A DNA stretch of 41,049 bases from Caecitellus pseudoparvulus (GCA_965644315.1 CBFFRQ010000121.1:1-41049); one strand, 5' to 3'; shown: positions 1-11,104, counted from the first letter of the stretch. A program made the numbers and translations. Notes: generated from the letters alone by a model not told the origin.

Positions 1-2214
1 GCCGGAGCGCGTGGGCGGTTGGCAATTGCAAATGCTCTGCTGTGGCAAGCTGGAATCGGCGTCATCGTGTTCGTTGATGAAGCGGAGTGCCTCTTTCAGC
101 AGAGCAAATTCGACTCCGCAGTCGCGGATCGATGGCGCGAGCAACTGTATGGGATCCTGAGCTTGAAGAAGAGCGCCATTGGCATGGTGATCTGTGCAAG
201 CTTTCAACGCGCCCGACAGCTGTTCCTGTCCGACGGATCAGCCCATGACTTCCCGTCTGACTACGCGCATTTGTCACTGCGGGCGGACTGGAACGGGAGC
301 AAGTTCAAGCAAGTTCGTTTGGGGGGGGTGAAATGGACACGATCGTCTCTGATGAACTTCCTGCTCACGCACACATGCAGGGTGGTGGACCCTTCATTCA
401 CTCTGTACCGAGAGGAAGAAGAGACGCAGACTCCTGGTGCAGCGGTGGGCGCAGCACAGGAGGCATCAAGTGCAATGGCGAAGGAGGACAAGCAGCCTTC
501 AGAAGCAGCGCTGGAAATGGCGAGGAAGCTTGACGCACTGTTCCTGCAGCGCTGGAAGGGAGAAGATGACCTGAGCGAAGAGGAGAAGCTCGACATGTCC
601 CTGGAGCAGGTCCTGGAGATGTACGGGCACACACCCCGGGACCTGGCGCGTGCTGCAACGGAGCACTTGTGTTCATGGATGCCACCTCGCCCTTGGCCAA
701 TCCCCTCTGAGTCTCGACGCCTGTCTGGCAGCAAGCTTCCAAGCGCCGCACTCAACCTGGTGATGACCTCATTCCTGGCGCTCTTGCCAGAAGACGTGAG
801 GGCAGGGCTGCCGAAAGCCACCATGCTCGGCTTTCGCTCCGCTGAGTACACTGTCCAGGAAGAGCAGCTGGAGACGCACCTGATGGAGCTTCCCCAGGAG
901 ACCCTCGTGGCAGCAGCAGGCGATGGCATGGCGCAGGGGGCAGCTACAACCACACCAACCGCCACACGACTTGTGGACAACGCTGTCGACAAGGGCTGGC
1001 TTGTGGAGCACGAAGACTGCCTGGGCCTGGGCAGCCTGGGGGTGTACCGCAAGTATGGGCGTGGAGGGGTGCACGCTGACGTCATGGTGTGGATACGGTA
1101 CAACGGGTACGGACAGGAGGCCGAGCTGCCCATTACCCGTGCCCTGGCGAGGATGCCAGACCAAGGCGGGCATGTCCTTGTGACAGTCGACAGTGTCGTT
1201 GACAAGGCCCGAGTGGGAGCCGCAAAGGCCACGGAGCGAGACGTGAAGGCAAGGAAGCAAGCAGCGAAAGCAGGGAAGCAAGCCGTGAAGGCCAGCAACA
1301 GCGACACCGAGGGCGGGCAGCTGGCGGGGGTGCGCATGGAGGTCGTGACAGGCCGCACAGCAGACCTGCCTGCACAAGCGGCTGCACCAGGGGAGAGTGT
1401 TGGGGCACCACACGCCGCAGCGGGAGCTGGTGGAGCAGGCGGTGGGGGCCAGGCAGTCGGGGCTGAGGCAGATTGGCGTGCGCGTGCACGGGCTGCGTAC
1501 GAGGCGCTTAAGCAGGTTCATGAGAGTCTGTGGGAGTATTTGGCTCTCCTCAAGGGTTCATTCTGGATGAAGGAGCTCCCAGATGTCTACGGTGGCGACG
1601 TGATCCGGGTGTCCTTTGAAGAGAAGGACGGCGTGACGACTGTGTGGATCATGCGTGTGCAGGTGAAGCGAGCCAACCAGAAGACGCTGAAGAACGGAGA
1701 TGTGAACGATGCAGGAGTTGCTGCAGTGCGGAAGGCAGTGGAAGGCTTGATGGATGTGAAGCCGTACGGGAGAGCGAAGCGGGAGGACATCAGGCGGAAG
1801 CACAAGCCCGCTGTGCGTGCTGTGGGTGACTTGATTGCTGCCGCTCTAATGTTGTACAAGGACAAAATGTCAAAACCTGTGGAAATGTCCGAGTGGGCGG
1901 AAGACTTTGAAGGGTACTGGCAGCTAGGCAGCCTCCGCATTGAGGATGGCGGCGCCATGATCGCATTGACGCACACAGTCCCAGACGGCATGCGAGAACA
2001 TGTGGAGGGGCAGCTGGGCATCCGCATCGTGGACGGGACCAACCTGCGAGGGCACTGGGGTCCCTTGGGGCTTGCAAGCAAGGGGGAAGGACTGTACTTG
2101 GAGACTGCCGGCGCCAATCCGGAAGAGGCAGCGGGCTCTGGAAGACCACTCACGGTACAAGAACGCGCTACCGAGTATCTTCGAAAGAGAAGGGCATTGA
2201 GACGCAAACAATAG
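1..2214 (+). CDS. STAND-like P-loop NTPase fused to Mrr-like PD-(D/E)xK nuclease (Crinkler/CR-type NTPase+REase), copy 1, 5'-partial
   Basis: Open from base 1 (AGARGRLAIANALL aligns with AGKRGRLDMASALL of copy 2). Walker B VIVFVDEAE, sensor-like strand GMVICASF, YGHTPRDL, VDKGWLVE. Nuclease motifs GQEAELPITRAL, PDVYGGDVIRV, IMRVQVKR, GIRIVDGTNL. Confidence 0.75.
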   Translation, partial: AGARGRLAIANALLWQAGIGVIVFVDEAECLFQQSKFDSAVADRWREQLYGILSLKKSAIGMVICASFQRARQLFLSDGSAHDFPSDYAHLSLRADWNGSKFKQVRLGGVKWTRSSLMNFLLTHTCRVVDPSFTLYREEEETQTPGAAVGAAQEASSAMAKEDKQPSEAALEMARKLDALFLQRWKGEDDLSEEEKLDMSLEQVLEMYGHTPRDLARAATEHLCSWMPPRPWPIPSESRRLSGSKLPSAALNLVMTSFLALLPEDVRAGLPKATMLGFRSAEYTVQEEQLETHLMELPQETLVAAAGDGMAQGAATTTPTATRLVDNAVDKGWLVEHEDCLGLGSLGVYRKYGRGGVHADVMVWIRYNGYGQEAELPITRALARMPDQGGHVLVTVDSVVDKARVGAAKATERDVKARKQAAKAGKQAVKASNSDTEGGQLAGVRMEVVTGRTADLPAQAAAPGESVGAPHAAAGAGGAGGGGQAVGAEADWRARARAAYEALKQVHESLWEYLALLKGSFWMKELPDVYGGDVIRVSFEEKDGVTTVWIMRVQVKRANQKTLKNGDVNDAGVAAVRKAVEGLMDVKPYGRAKREDIRRKHKPAVRAVGDLIAAALMLYKDKMSKPVEMSEWAEDFEGYWQLGSLRIEDGGAMIALTHTVPDGMREHVEGQLGIRIVDGTNLRGHWGPLGLASKGEGLYLETAGANPEEAAGSGRPLTVQERATEYLRKRRALRRKQ

Positions 2215-2366
2215 GACAGCCCATTGAATGCAGTGCCATGCCATATGCCTGGCCGCTCAGCCTTGAGGGTTGCGTGGCGTGCATGGGCTTTACAGATTGC
2301 CTGCCTTGTCTTGCTTCTCTGCGACACGAAGTTTAAGCCAACACGGCAAGTGCACAAGGCTTCCGA

Positions 2367-4054
2367 GTGCAAGTCGCGGTGAGCAAGGCAGGCGGCGGGC
2401 TCCTGCAGCTGTCCTCCCCCACTGTGGGCCTCGTGCACACCCACCCACTGTCTGGCACACTGGCCCTACTCCCAGATGCGGAAGCATGCAGCACCACAAC
2501 CGCCGCCTCCGTGCCAGCTGCCGCGCTGCAGCAAGCTCTACCGTGGACCTGCACTTTCCGCATGCCTGCTCTCGCCGCGAGCGCCTGTACGCCCCGCACG
2601 CTGCAGGCCTCGGCTCTGCCTGCTGGCAGCGCAGCCCACATCGCAGCTGGCCAGCTTGCAGAGGCGATGGCGCAGGCTGGCAGTGATCTGCCGTTCATCG
2701 TGCCCATGAGCCACGTGGAGCTGTCCCTGGCGACCTGGGCGAATGCTGGTGCCGGCCTCAGCTCCCTCACACTCACAGTGGGTGCCACGGCTCTGGGGTC
2801 TCAAGCCATGCCACACATGCGGGAAGTGGGCAGCTGGTACGCCGTGCGATCCAGCGCCTCGTGGGCCGACTTTGATCAGGTGGCAGGCGGCCGCCTGGCT
2901 CAAGTGACTCTGAACTCCAGCGCACTGGAGGACGGCGACACGCTGTGACTCACAGCTGTCGCCACGAACTTCGCAGGCCTGTCCACGGCAGTCATTGCAC
3001 CTCTGGGCGTGCTGGATGTGACGCCACCTGCCTTGATACCACGCATCGTCATGCCACGAGGCGGCCACGCACTGCTGCTAGCTCCCGGCTCCTCACAGGC
3101 GGAGGCTGCCGCAACCGCCTGCGCCGTGCAGACCATGCCTGATCTGGAGGCAGCATCCTTCATGACTGTGGAGTCTGTGCAGGCCGGGCTGGTGCTGCAT
3201 GTGGAAGGCCTGGGAGATACACAGTCAGGACTGGCCAGCGCCACCCTGTCCGTGCTTGTTGTGCCTGGCCAGTGGAACGGCTCCTCCCCGGTGCAGCTGA
3301 GCGCAGACCTGCTCCGCAATGGCCCCGACCTTGTGGACGAGTCCTGCACACTGTCTGCCATATCTCAAGCGTCAAGCAAGGCAGTTGACTCGGGTGCCGT
3401 GCTCGCCTTGCAGGGTGGCATGTGCTCCTGCACACCCAGCGCCACATCCCACCTTCTGAGCGCACCCGCAACGCTTGCCTTGGCCCCCAGCCCCTAGTGC
3501 GCTCACACTCGCCGTGCCGCCTGTGCCATGGGGACATGCCGACCGCCTCTTCCCTGTCGCCCAGGTGACCCATGGTGCGGGGTCGCAGCAGCTCGTGCTG
3601 GGGCAGCCCATGTTGGGTGGACGGCACGGTGCCAGCCTGGAGCGACGAAGTGGAAGTGCGTGATGGTGGCGACGTGGACGCGGACTGCATCCTGGGTAGT
3701 TCTGGTGCAGTGTTCCAAGCCTCATTGACCCCAGCAGCTGATGCAGAGTCGGGCATCGTGCAGTACGAGTGGTGCGTTGGCAGCACTGGCTCCGGCGCCG
3801 GGCGGGACGACCTCATGCCTTGCAGGCTTGTGGGCGACTCCCTCGAGGCCAGTGTGCTGGTGACTGGGCCAAATCAAGCTGACGATGGCTTCACGTGGCC
3901 GGCTGGTGGCTCGCTCTTCGTGAGTGTGCGCGGGCCCAGAACGGAGCTGGGACGTGGGGCGCCTGGATCACGTCGGGTGGCGCCTGAGCCCTGTCTGATG
4001 CAGCCGCGGACGTCTCCTGCGTGGCGGAGGCTGTTCGTGGGGTGCTGTGTGTAG
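2367..4054 (+). pseudogene. Decayed fragment of a large fibronectin-III/Ig-like beta-sandwich repeat protein (unit 1)
   Basis: FN3-type strands L*LTAVATNFAGLST, DAESGIVQYEWCVGS, LFVSVR. In-frame TGA at 2946-2948 plus frameshifting insertions relative to unit 2 near 3494, 3617 and 3930. Confidence 0.6.
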
Positions 4055-5250
4055 CTTTGTAGCTGCTGTGCAGGTAGCGTACCTTCCAAATGCAGCTTTC
4101 TGTCTCCCATGCGGTAGTCGTGCTGCACGCTCGCTGCGCGACCCGGTCTGACCCCATTGCAGCAGATCGGTGTCTTGACCGGGCAGGCGGAGCTCTGGGG
4201 CGTCCCCACACTACTACACACAACGTGTAGCTGAGCTGCGGCAAAGTGCCTTGTCACCTTCATGTTGAGGTTGGACGTGGGCGAGGGCGCACATGCAGCG
4301 TCTGTGACAGCGCACACCATTCCGGCACTTGAGCAGGGTTTGTCGCTGATCGCAAGTTCTCAGGGGCCTGTGGCACAGTGCCACTCGGTAGTGGACATGC
4401 AAGTATCTCGAACTGCACGTGGGGACACCGCCTCGCGTTGAAGGCGAGTCCTACCGAGCTCGTGATTGCAAGCGTGACCAATTTGCTCATGATGATGCAC
4501 GAGACTTCGGGCTTCGGCTGGGGGCCACAGAGAGTCGTACAGGGCGGTGGGGAATGTACAAGCTCCAATCCACTCGTAAGCAACCATCAACAGTAGGTGA
4601 GCATGGCCAAGGGAGGGCTCCTCTTGCTCAGGCGCCTCGCCATGCGCTCGACAGGAAGCATGTGCGAGCTGGCGTTGAAGCCAGACCCGGCGGTGGAGTG
4701 ACGCAGGTGGGCAATGTTGAGACCTAGGAGCATGGACTGCCGAGAGCACATGCGCCTGGGAGGTAGAGGGGTACAACATGCGTGAGCGCTCACCCTGGAT
4801 CGGTGTGCACGTCTGAAGGGGGCTTGACACCCCCTCCCTAAGCGCAGCAGCATTCTCGCTGCCAACGGCATTCTCTGCACAACGCCAAACTCCCCATCAC
4901 GACCATCCCTTCTTCCAAACTCGGCCCACTGCACTTCACGTGCAGCACATTGTGGTTTTCGGGGGTTGTTTGCACTTGCTTGCGCCTGGCTGGGCGCGGT
5001 TGGTGCTGGCGTTGTGAAGTGTGTGGCAGCTCAATTTCCGCACTGCATCATTTTGCAAGCAGCGTAGGCGTCGAGTTCGAAGCGGCACGCCCCCACTGTA
5101 CAGTAGAGGTGACTGATAAACACCAAGAACAAGTAGTGAGTGCACGTTTGTGACGTGAAGTGGCGTCCATTGCGAGATCTCATGGCTGCTGCTGCGGCCG
5201 CGTTGCCAGCCCTTGCGCCGGTAGAACCCGCCTTGCATGATCTCGCAGGC

Positions 5251-8067
5251 ATGGCGGCAGCAGAAGTACCCCCGGAAGTCGGAGCTTGTGAACACGAGAT
5301 GGGGCCATTTGAGAAGCTGTGCATGTCTGGTTTGTCCTTTGGTTACCCAGGCCACCTGTCTGAGGAAGCTGTAGAGCTTTGGAAGAAGATGGTGCTCAAC
5401 CAGGAGCTGACCTTTCTGCCCATGACACACCTCTTCCGAGCCTTTCGTGTCCTGGCAACCATGCTGAAGGGCACGCATGAGCATGAAGAGGCGCAGGCAT
5501 GCTTGATCTCTGGTCCAAAGGGCGTCGGGAAGTCCCGCCTTTTCGAAGCGATTGCCGAGGCAATGGACGAGGAGAACAGGAAAGGAGCGGACGGCAGGCT
5601 CACCATTTGCTTCCGTATCGACCTCCAACGACACAGCTCCACAGACGACGAATCCTTCCACGAGTGCCTCTTCAAGGCCATTATCTACGAGCTTGATCTC
5701 TTGAATAGACACGCGGAAGTAGCAGAGGTGCTCAGCAATCTCGCCACCCATGCTGCAGGCTCGAAGAATGAAAACGTGGAGAAAGGGGATCTTCAAGATA
5801 TCTTCACCCTGCGTGGCGACCCTGAGGCTCTGTCACCCAAACTGCGGGCAGACTTGTCAGTTGCCGGAAAGCGTGGCCGGTTGGACATGGCAAGCGCTCT
5901 GCTGAGGCAAGCTGGCATCGCGGTCCTCGTGATCGTTGATGAAGCAGAACACCTCTTCCAGGGACTCAAGTTCGACTCCAACCTCGCCAAACGATGGCAT
6001 CGGCAACTGCAGGAGATCCTTGGAGTGGTCAATCCTACCATTGGCATGGTGATCTGTGCGAGCTTTCAGCGCTCCCGACAGCTGTTCCTGTCCGACGGAT
6101 CAGCCCATGACTTCCCACCCGAGTACACACATGCGTCACTGCGAGCGAACTGGAACGGGACGAAATTCCAACACTTGCGCATTGGAGGTGCCATGTGGGC
6201 GGAGGACTCCCTCAAGGCTTTCCTGCTCACGCACGCGTGCAAGACGGTTGACCCTTCATTCACTCTGTACCGAGAGGAAGCAGAGACGCAAACTGCTGGT
6301 GCAGCTGTGGACGCAGCACAGGAGCCGTCGGGTGCAGCGGTGAAGGAGAGGCAGCCCTCAGAAGCAGCGCTGGAAATGGCGAGGAAGCTTGACGCGATGT
6401 TTCTGGAGCGCTTGGGGGAAGATGAGCTTCGTGACGAGGAGAAGCTCCAGTCCTCCCTGGAACGTGCCCTGGAGCTGTACGGGCACACACCCCGGGAACT
6501 GATGCGTGCTGCAAGAAAGTGTCTGCCTGTGTGGATTCCAGGTGTGCCCTGGCCAGACCGCCCTGTGCCTCAACGACATTCTGACAGCAACCCACCCAGC
6601 ACATTATTCCAGCAGGTGATCGACTCATTTCTGGCGAGCTTGCCTGCTGCCGTGAGGGCAAAGCTGCCGAGAGCCACGATGCTTGGTTTTCGCTCCTCGC
6701 AATACGTCGTACCAAGGGACGAGTTCACAAGAAAACTCGCAGGGCTTCCTGAGCAGCCAGCCGCAGCGGCAGCAGGCGACGGCACAGCGCGAGCAGATGC
6801 CGCCACCAAGGCCGCTACGAGACTGATTGACGACGCCATCGACAAAGGTTGGCTTGTCGAACACGGGAAAGGCCTGGGACTCGCCAGCCTTGAAGTGTAC
6901 CGCAGGTTTGGGCGTGGAGGTGTGCACGGTGACGTCATGGTGTGGATGCGACATGACGGATACGGAGAGAGGGCCGAGCTGCCCATTACTCGTGCCCTGG
7001 CGAGGATGCCAGACCAAGATGGAGATGTCCTCGTGGAGGACGAAGGTGGAGAAGAAGAGAGCAGCGAAGGCAAAGCAAATCCCCCCAAGCAAGCCGTGAA
7101 GGCAAGGAAGCAAACGGCGAAAGCAGGGAAGCAAGCCGTGAAGGCCAGCAACAGCGACACCGAGGGCGGGCAGCTGGCGGGGGTGCGCATGGAGGTCGTG
7201 ACAGGCCGCACAGCAGACCCGCCTGCACAAGCGGCTGCACCAGCGGAGAGTGTTGGGGCACCACACGCCGCAGCGGGAGCTGGTGGAGCAGGCGGTGGGG
7301 GCCAGGCAGTCGGGGCTGAGGCAGATTGGCGTGCGCGTGCACGGGCTGCGTACGAGGCGCTTAAGCAGGTTCATGAGAGTCTGTGGGAGTATTTGGCTCT
7401 CCTCAAGGGTTCATTCTGGATGAACGAGCTCCCAGATGTCTACGGTGGCGGCGTGATTCGGGTGTCCTACGAAGTGAAGGACGGCGTGACGACTGTGTGG
7501 ATCATGCGTGTGCAGGTGAAGCGAGCCAACCAGAAGACGCTGGAGAACGGAGATGTGAACGATGCAGGAGTTGCTGCAGTGCGGAAGGCAGTGGAAGGCT
7601 TGATGGATGTGAAGCCGTACGGGAGAGCGAAGCGGGAGGACATCAGGCGGAAGCACAAGCCCGCTGTGCGTGCTGTGGGTGACTTGATTGCTGCCGCTCT
7701 AATGTTGTACAAGGACAAAATGTCAAAACCTGTGGAAATGTCCGAGTGGGCGGAAGACTTTGAAGGGTACTGGCAGCTAGGCAGCCTCCGCGTTGAGGAT
7801 GGCGGCGCCATGATCGCATTGACGCACACAGTCCCAGACGGCATGCGAGAACATGTGGAGGGGCAGCTGGGCATCCGCATCGTGGACGGGACCAACCTGC
7901 GAGGGCACTGGGGTCCCTTGGGGCTTGCAAGCAAGGGGGAAGGACTGTACTTGGAGACTGCCGGCGCCAATCCGGAAGAGGCAGCGGGCTCTGGAAGACC
8001 ACTCACGGTACAAGAACGCGCTACCGAGTATCTTCGAAAGAGAAGGGCATTGAGACGCAAACAATAG
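5251..8067 (+). CDS. STAND-like P-loop NTPase fused to Mrr-like PD-(D/E)xK nuclease, copy 2 (ORF open from 5140)
   Basis: Walker A GPKGVGKS (5512-5535), Walker B VLVIVDEAE, YGHTPREL, IDKGWLVE, PDVYGGGVIRV...VQVKR...IRIVDGTNL. Start placed at the MAAAEVP ATG conserved with copy 3. Confidence 0.8.
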   Translation: MAAAEVPPEVGACEHEMGPFEKLCMSGLSFGYPGHLSEEAVELWKKMVLNQELTFLPMTHLFRAFRVLATMLKGTHEHEEAQACLISGPKGVGKSRLFEAIAEAMDEENRKGADGRLTICFRIDLQRHSSTDDESFHECLFKAIIYELDLLNRHAEVAEVLSNLATHAAGSKNENVEKGDLQDIFTLRGDPEALSPKLRADLSVAGKRGRLDMASALLRQAGIAVLVIVDEAEHLFQGLKFDSNLAKRWHRQLQEILGVVNPTIGMVICASFQRSRQLFLSDGSAHDFPPEYTHASLRANWNGTKFQHLRIGGAMWAEDSLKAFLLTHACKTVDPSFTLYREEAETQTAGAAVDAAQEPSGAAVKERQPSEAALEMARKLDAMFLERLGEDELRDEEKLQSSLERALELYGHTPRELMRAARKCLPVWIPGVPWPDRPVPQRHSDSNPPSTLFQQVIDSFLASLPAAVRAKLPRATMLGFRSSQYVVPRDEFTRKLAGLPEQPAAAAAGDGTARADAATKAATRLIDDAIDKGWLVEHGKGLGLASLEVYRRFGRGGVHGDVMVWMRHDGYGERAELPITRALARMPDQDGDVLVEDEGGEEESSEGKANPPKQAVKARKQTAKAGKQAVKASNSDTEGGQLAGVRMEVVTGRTADPPAQAAAPAESVGAPHAAAGAGGAGGGGQAVGAEADWRARARAAYEALKQVHESLWEYLALLKGSFWMNELPDVYGGGVIRVSYEVKDGVTTVWIMRVQVKRANQKTLENGDVNDAGVAAVRKAVEGLMDVKPYGRAKREDIRRKHKPAVRAVGDLIAAALMLYKDKMSKPVEMSEWAEDFEGYWQLGSLRVEDGGAMIALTHTVPDGMREHVEGQLGIRIVDGTNLRGHWGPLGLASKGEGLYLETAGANPEEAAGSGRPLTVQERATEYLRKRRALRRKQ
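7087..7149 (+). repeat. In-frame 21-bp minisatellite (KQAVKAR/KQTAKAG/KQAVKAS); 3 units here, 3 degenerate units at 1234-1296, 1 unit at 12953-12973
   Basis: aagcaagccgtgaaggcaagg / aagcaaacggcgaaagcaggg / aagcaagccgtgaaggccagc. Confidence 0.8.
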
Positions 8068-8219
8068 GACAGCCCATTGAATGCAGTGCCATGCCATATG
8101 CCTGGCCGCTCAGCCTTGAGGGTTGCGTGGCGTGCATGGGCTTTACAGATTGCCTGCCTTGTCTTGCTTCTCTGCGACACGAAGTTTAAGCCAACACGGC
8201 AAGTGCACAAGGCTTCCGA

Positions 8220-9911
8220 GTGCAAGTCGCGGTGAGCAAGGCAGGCGGCGGGCTCCTGCAGCTGTCCTCCCCCACTGTGGGCCTCGTGCACACCCACCCA
8301 CTGTCTGGCACACTGGCCCTACTCCCAGATGCGGAAGCATGCAGCACCACAACCGCCGCCTCCGTGCCAGCTGCCGCGCTGCAGCAAGCTCTACCGTGGA
8401 CCTGCACTTTCCGCATGCCTGCTCTCGCCGCGAGCGCCTGTACGCCCCGCACGCTGCAGGCCTCGGCTCTGCCTGCTGGAAGCGCGGCCCACATCGCAGC
8501 TGGCCAGCTTGCAGAGGCGATGGCGCAGGCTGGCAGTGATCTGCCGTTCATCGTGCCCATGAGCCACGTGGAGCTGTCCCTGGCGACCTGGGCGAATGCT
8601 GGTGCCGGCCTCAGCTCCCTCACACTCACAGTGGGTGCCACGGCTCTGGGGTCTCAAGCCATGCCACACATGCGGGAAGTGGGCAGCTGGTACGCCGTGC
8701 GATCCAGCGCCTCGTGGGCCGACTTTGATCAGGTGGCAGGCGGCCGCCTGGCTCAAGTGACTCTGAACTCCAGCGCACTGGAGGACGGCGACACGCTGTG
8801 ACTCACAGCTGTCGCCACGAACTTCGCAGGCCTGTCCACGGCAGTCATTGCACCTCTGGGCGTGCTGGATGTGACGCCACCTGCCTTGATACCACGCATC
8901 GTCATGCCACGAGGCGGCCACGCACTGCTGCTAGCTCCCGGCTCCTCACAGGCGGAGGCTGCCGCAACCGCCTGCGCGGTGCAGACCATGCCTGATCTGA
9001 AGCCTGCGTCCTTCACGACTGTGGAGTCTGTGCCAGCCATGTTGGTGCTGCATGCGGAAGGCCTGGGAGATACACAGTCAACATTGGCCAGTGCCACCCT
9101 GTCCGTGCTTGTTGTGCCTGGCCAGTGGAACGGCTCCTCCCCGGTGCAGCCGAGCTCGGACCTGCTGCGCAATGGCCCTGGCCTTGTGGACGAGTCCTGT
9201 GTGCTGCCTGTGGTATCCCAAGCGTCAAGCATGGCAGTTGACTCGGGCGCCGTGCTCGCCTTGCAGGGTGGCCTGTGCTCCTGCACACCTAGCGCCACAT
9301 CCCACCTTCTGAGCGCACCCGCAACGCTTGCCTTGGCCCCCAGCCCTAACGCGCTCACACTCGCCGTACCGCCTGCGCCATGGGGCCATGCCGACCGCCT
9401 CTTCCCTGTTGCCCAGGTGGCCCATGGTGCGGGGTCGCAGCAGCTCGTGCTGGGGCAGCCCGTGTTGCTGGACGGCACGGCGCCGGCCTGGAGCGACGAA
9501 GTGGAAGTGCGTGATGGTGGCGACGTGGACGCAGACTGCATCCTGGCCAGTCCTGGTGCAGTGTTCCAAGCCTCATTGACCCCAGCAGCTGATGCAGAGT
9601 CGGGCATCGTGCAGTACGAGTGGTGCGTTGGCAGCACCGGCTCCGACGCCGGGCGGGATGACCTCATGCCTTGCAGGCTCGTGGGCGACTCCCTCGAAGC
9701 CAGTGCGCTGGTGACTGGGCCAGATCAAGATGGCGATGGCTTCACCTGGCCGTCTGGCGGCACGCTCTTCGTGAGTGTGCGGGCCCAGAATGGAGCGGGG
9801 ACATGGGGCGCCTGGATCACGTCGGATGGCGCCCGAGCCCTGTCTGATGCAGCACAGGACGCCTCCTGTGTCGTGGAGGATGTCCGCGGGGTGCTGTGCG
9901 TAGCTTTGTAG
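8220..9911 (+). pseudogene. Fragment of a fibronectin-III/Ig-like repeat protein interrupted by one in-frame TGA (unit 2)
   Basis: ORFs 8220-8801 and 8862-9911 are in the same frame, separated by TGA 8799-8801 inside GDTL*LTAVATNFAGLST. Downstream motifs DAESGIVQYEWCVGS...LFVSVRAQNGAG..WITSDG are typical of FN3-like repeats. Confidence 0.65.
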
Positions 9912-11104
9912 CTGCTGTGCAGGTGGTTTACCTTCGAAATGCAGCTTTCTGTCTCCCATGCGGTAGTCGTGCTGCACGCTCGCTGCGCGACCCGGTCTGA
10001 CCCCATTGCAGCAGATCGGTGTCTTGACCGGGCAGGCGGAGATGTGGGGAGTCCTCACACAGCTGGGTTGCCTGTGCTGCAACATCAAATCCTAGTGACT
10101 GCTCAGCTTCGTCATGCACTTGGGTTGGGCGCACAGGCAATGGCCGTGTTGTGCAACACCCCGGCATTTGAGCAGGGCTCGCGCTGATCGCAAGCTGTCT
10201 GGGGCCTGTGGCGCCACGCTGCTCGGGGATGAATGGCTCCATCTCTCCATTTGCTAGTGGTGACACTGCCTGACGCTGGAGGTGAGTCTTGCCCAGCCAG
10301 TGATTGCAAACGTGACCAATTTGCTCATGACGATGCACGAGACTTCGGGCTTCGGCTGGGGGCCACAGAGAGTCGTACAGGGCGGTGGGGAGTCTGCCAG
10401 CACCAAGCAGCTGACATGCAATCGTCAACAATATGTGAGCATGCCCAACGACGGACTACCTTTGCTCGGGCGCCCCGCCATGACCTCGAGGAGGAGCAGC
10501 CGGCAGTGGTCATTAAAACCGCACCGAACCGCACCTGGCTGTGGAGTGGCGCAGGTAGGCAATGTTCAGACCTAGGAGCATGGACCGCCGAGGGCACATG
10601 CGCCTGGGACGCAGAGGGCTACACCATATGTGAACGCTCACCTTGTGCTGTGCCGTGGTGTGGTGGAGGGGGGCTTCACACCCATTGCGCTCAGCGCAGC
10701 ACCGGCATTCTCGCTGCCAACGGCATTCACTGTGCCACACCAAACTCCCCATCACGCCCATTGCCACCTTCGCACTCGGCCCATCATACTTCATGTGTGG
10801 TACATCATCGTTTGTGGTGGTTGCTTGCACCTGGCGTGTGCCTGACTGGGCGCGGTTGGCGCTGGCGTTGCGAAGTATGTTGCTGCTAAGCTTCCGCACT
10901 GCACCATTTGCAAGCGGCGTGGGCGTCGAGTTCGAAGCCGCACGTCCCCCCTGTACAGTAGGGGTGACTAAGCAGTACAAACAACTAGCAGTGAGTGCAC
11001 GTTTGCGACACGTGGTGCCGTCAATTGCGAGATCTCGTGGCTGACTCTGCGTCCACGTTGTCAGCCCTTGCGCCGGTATAGCACGCCTTGCGTTGCTCGC
11101 AGGC

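Noticed and set aside
8799-8801. TGA recoding (alternative genetic code or selenocysteine)
   Set aside because: TGA is the normal stop of several housekeeping genes here (TFIIS, TPI, TAM41), the site is not a redox Cys position, and the paralogous fragment is frameshifted. A nonsense mutation is simpler.
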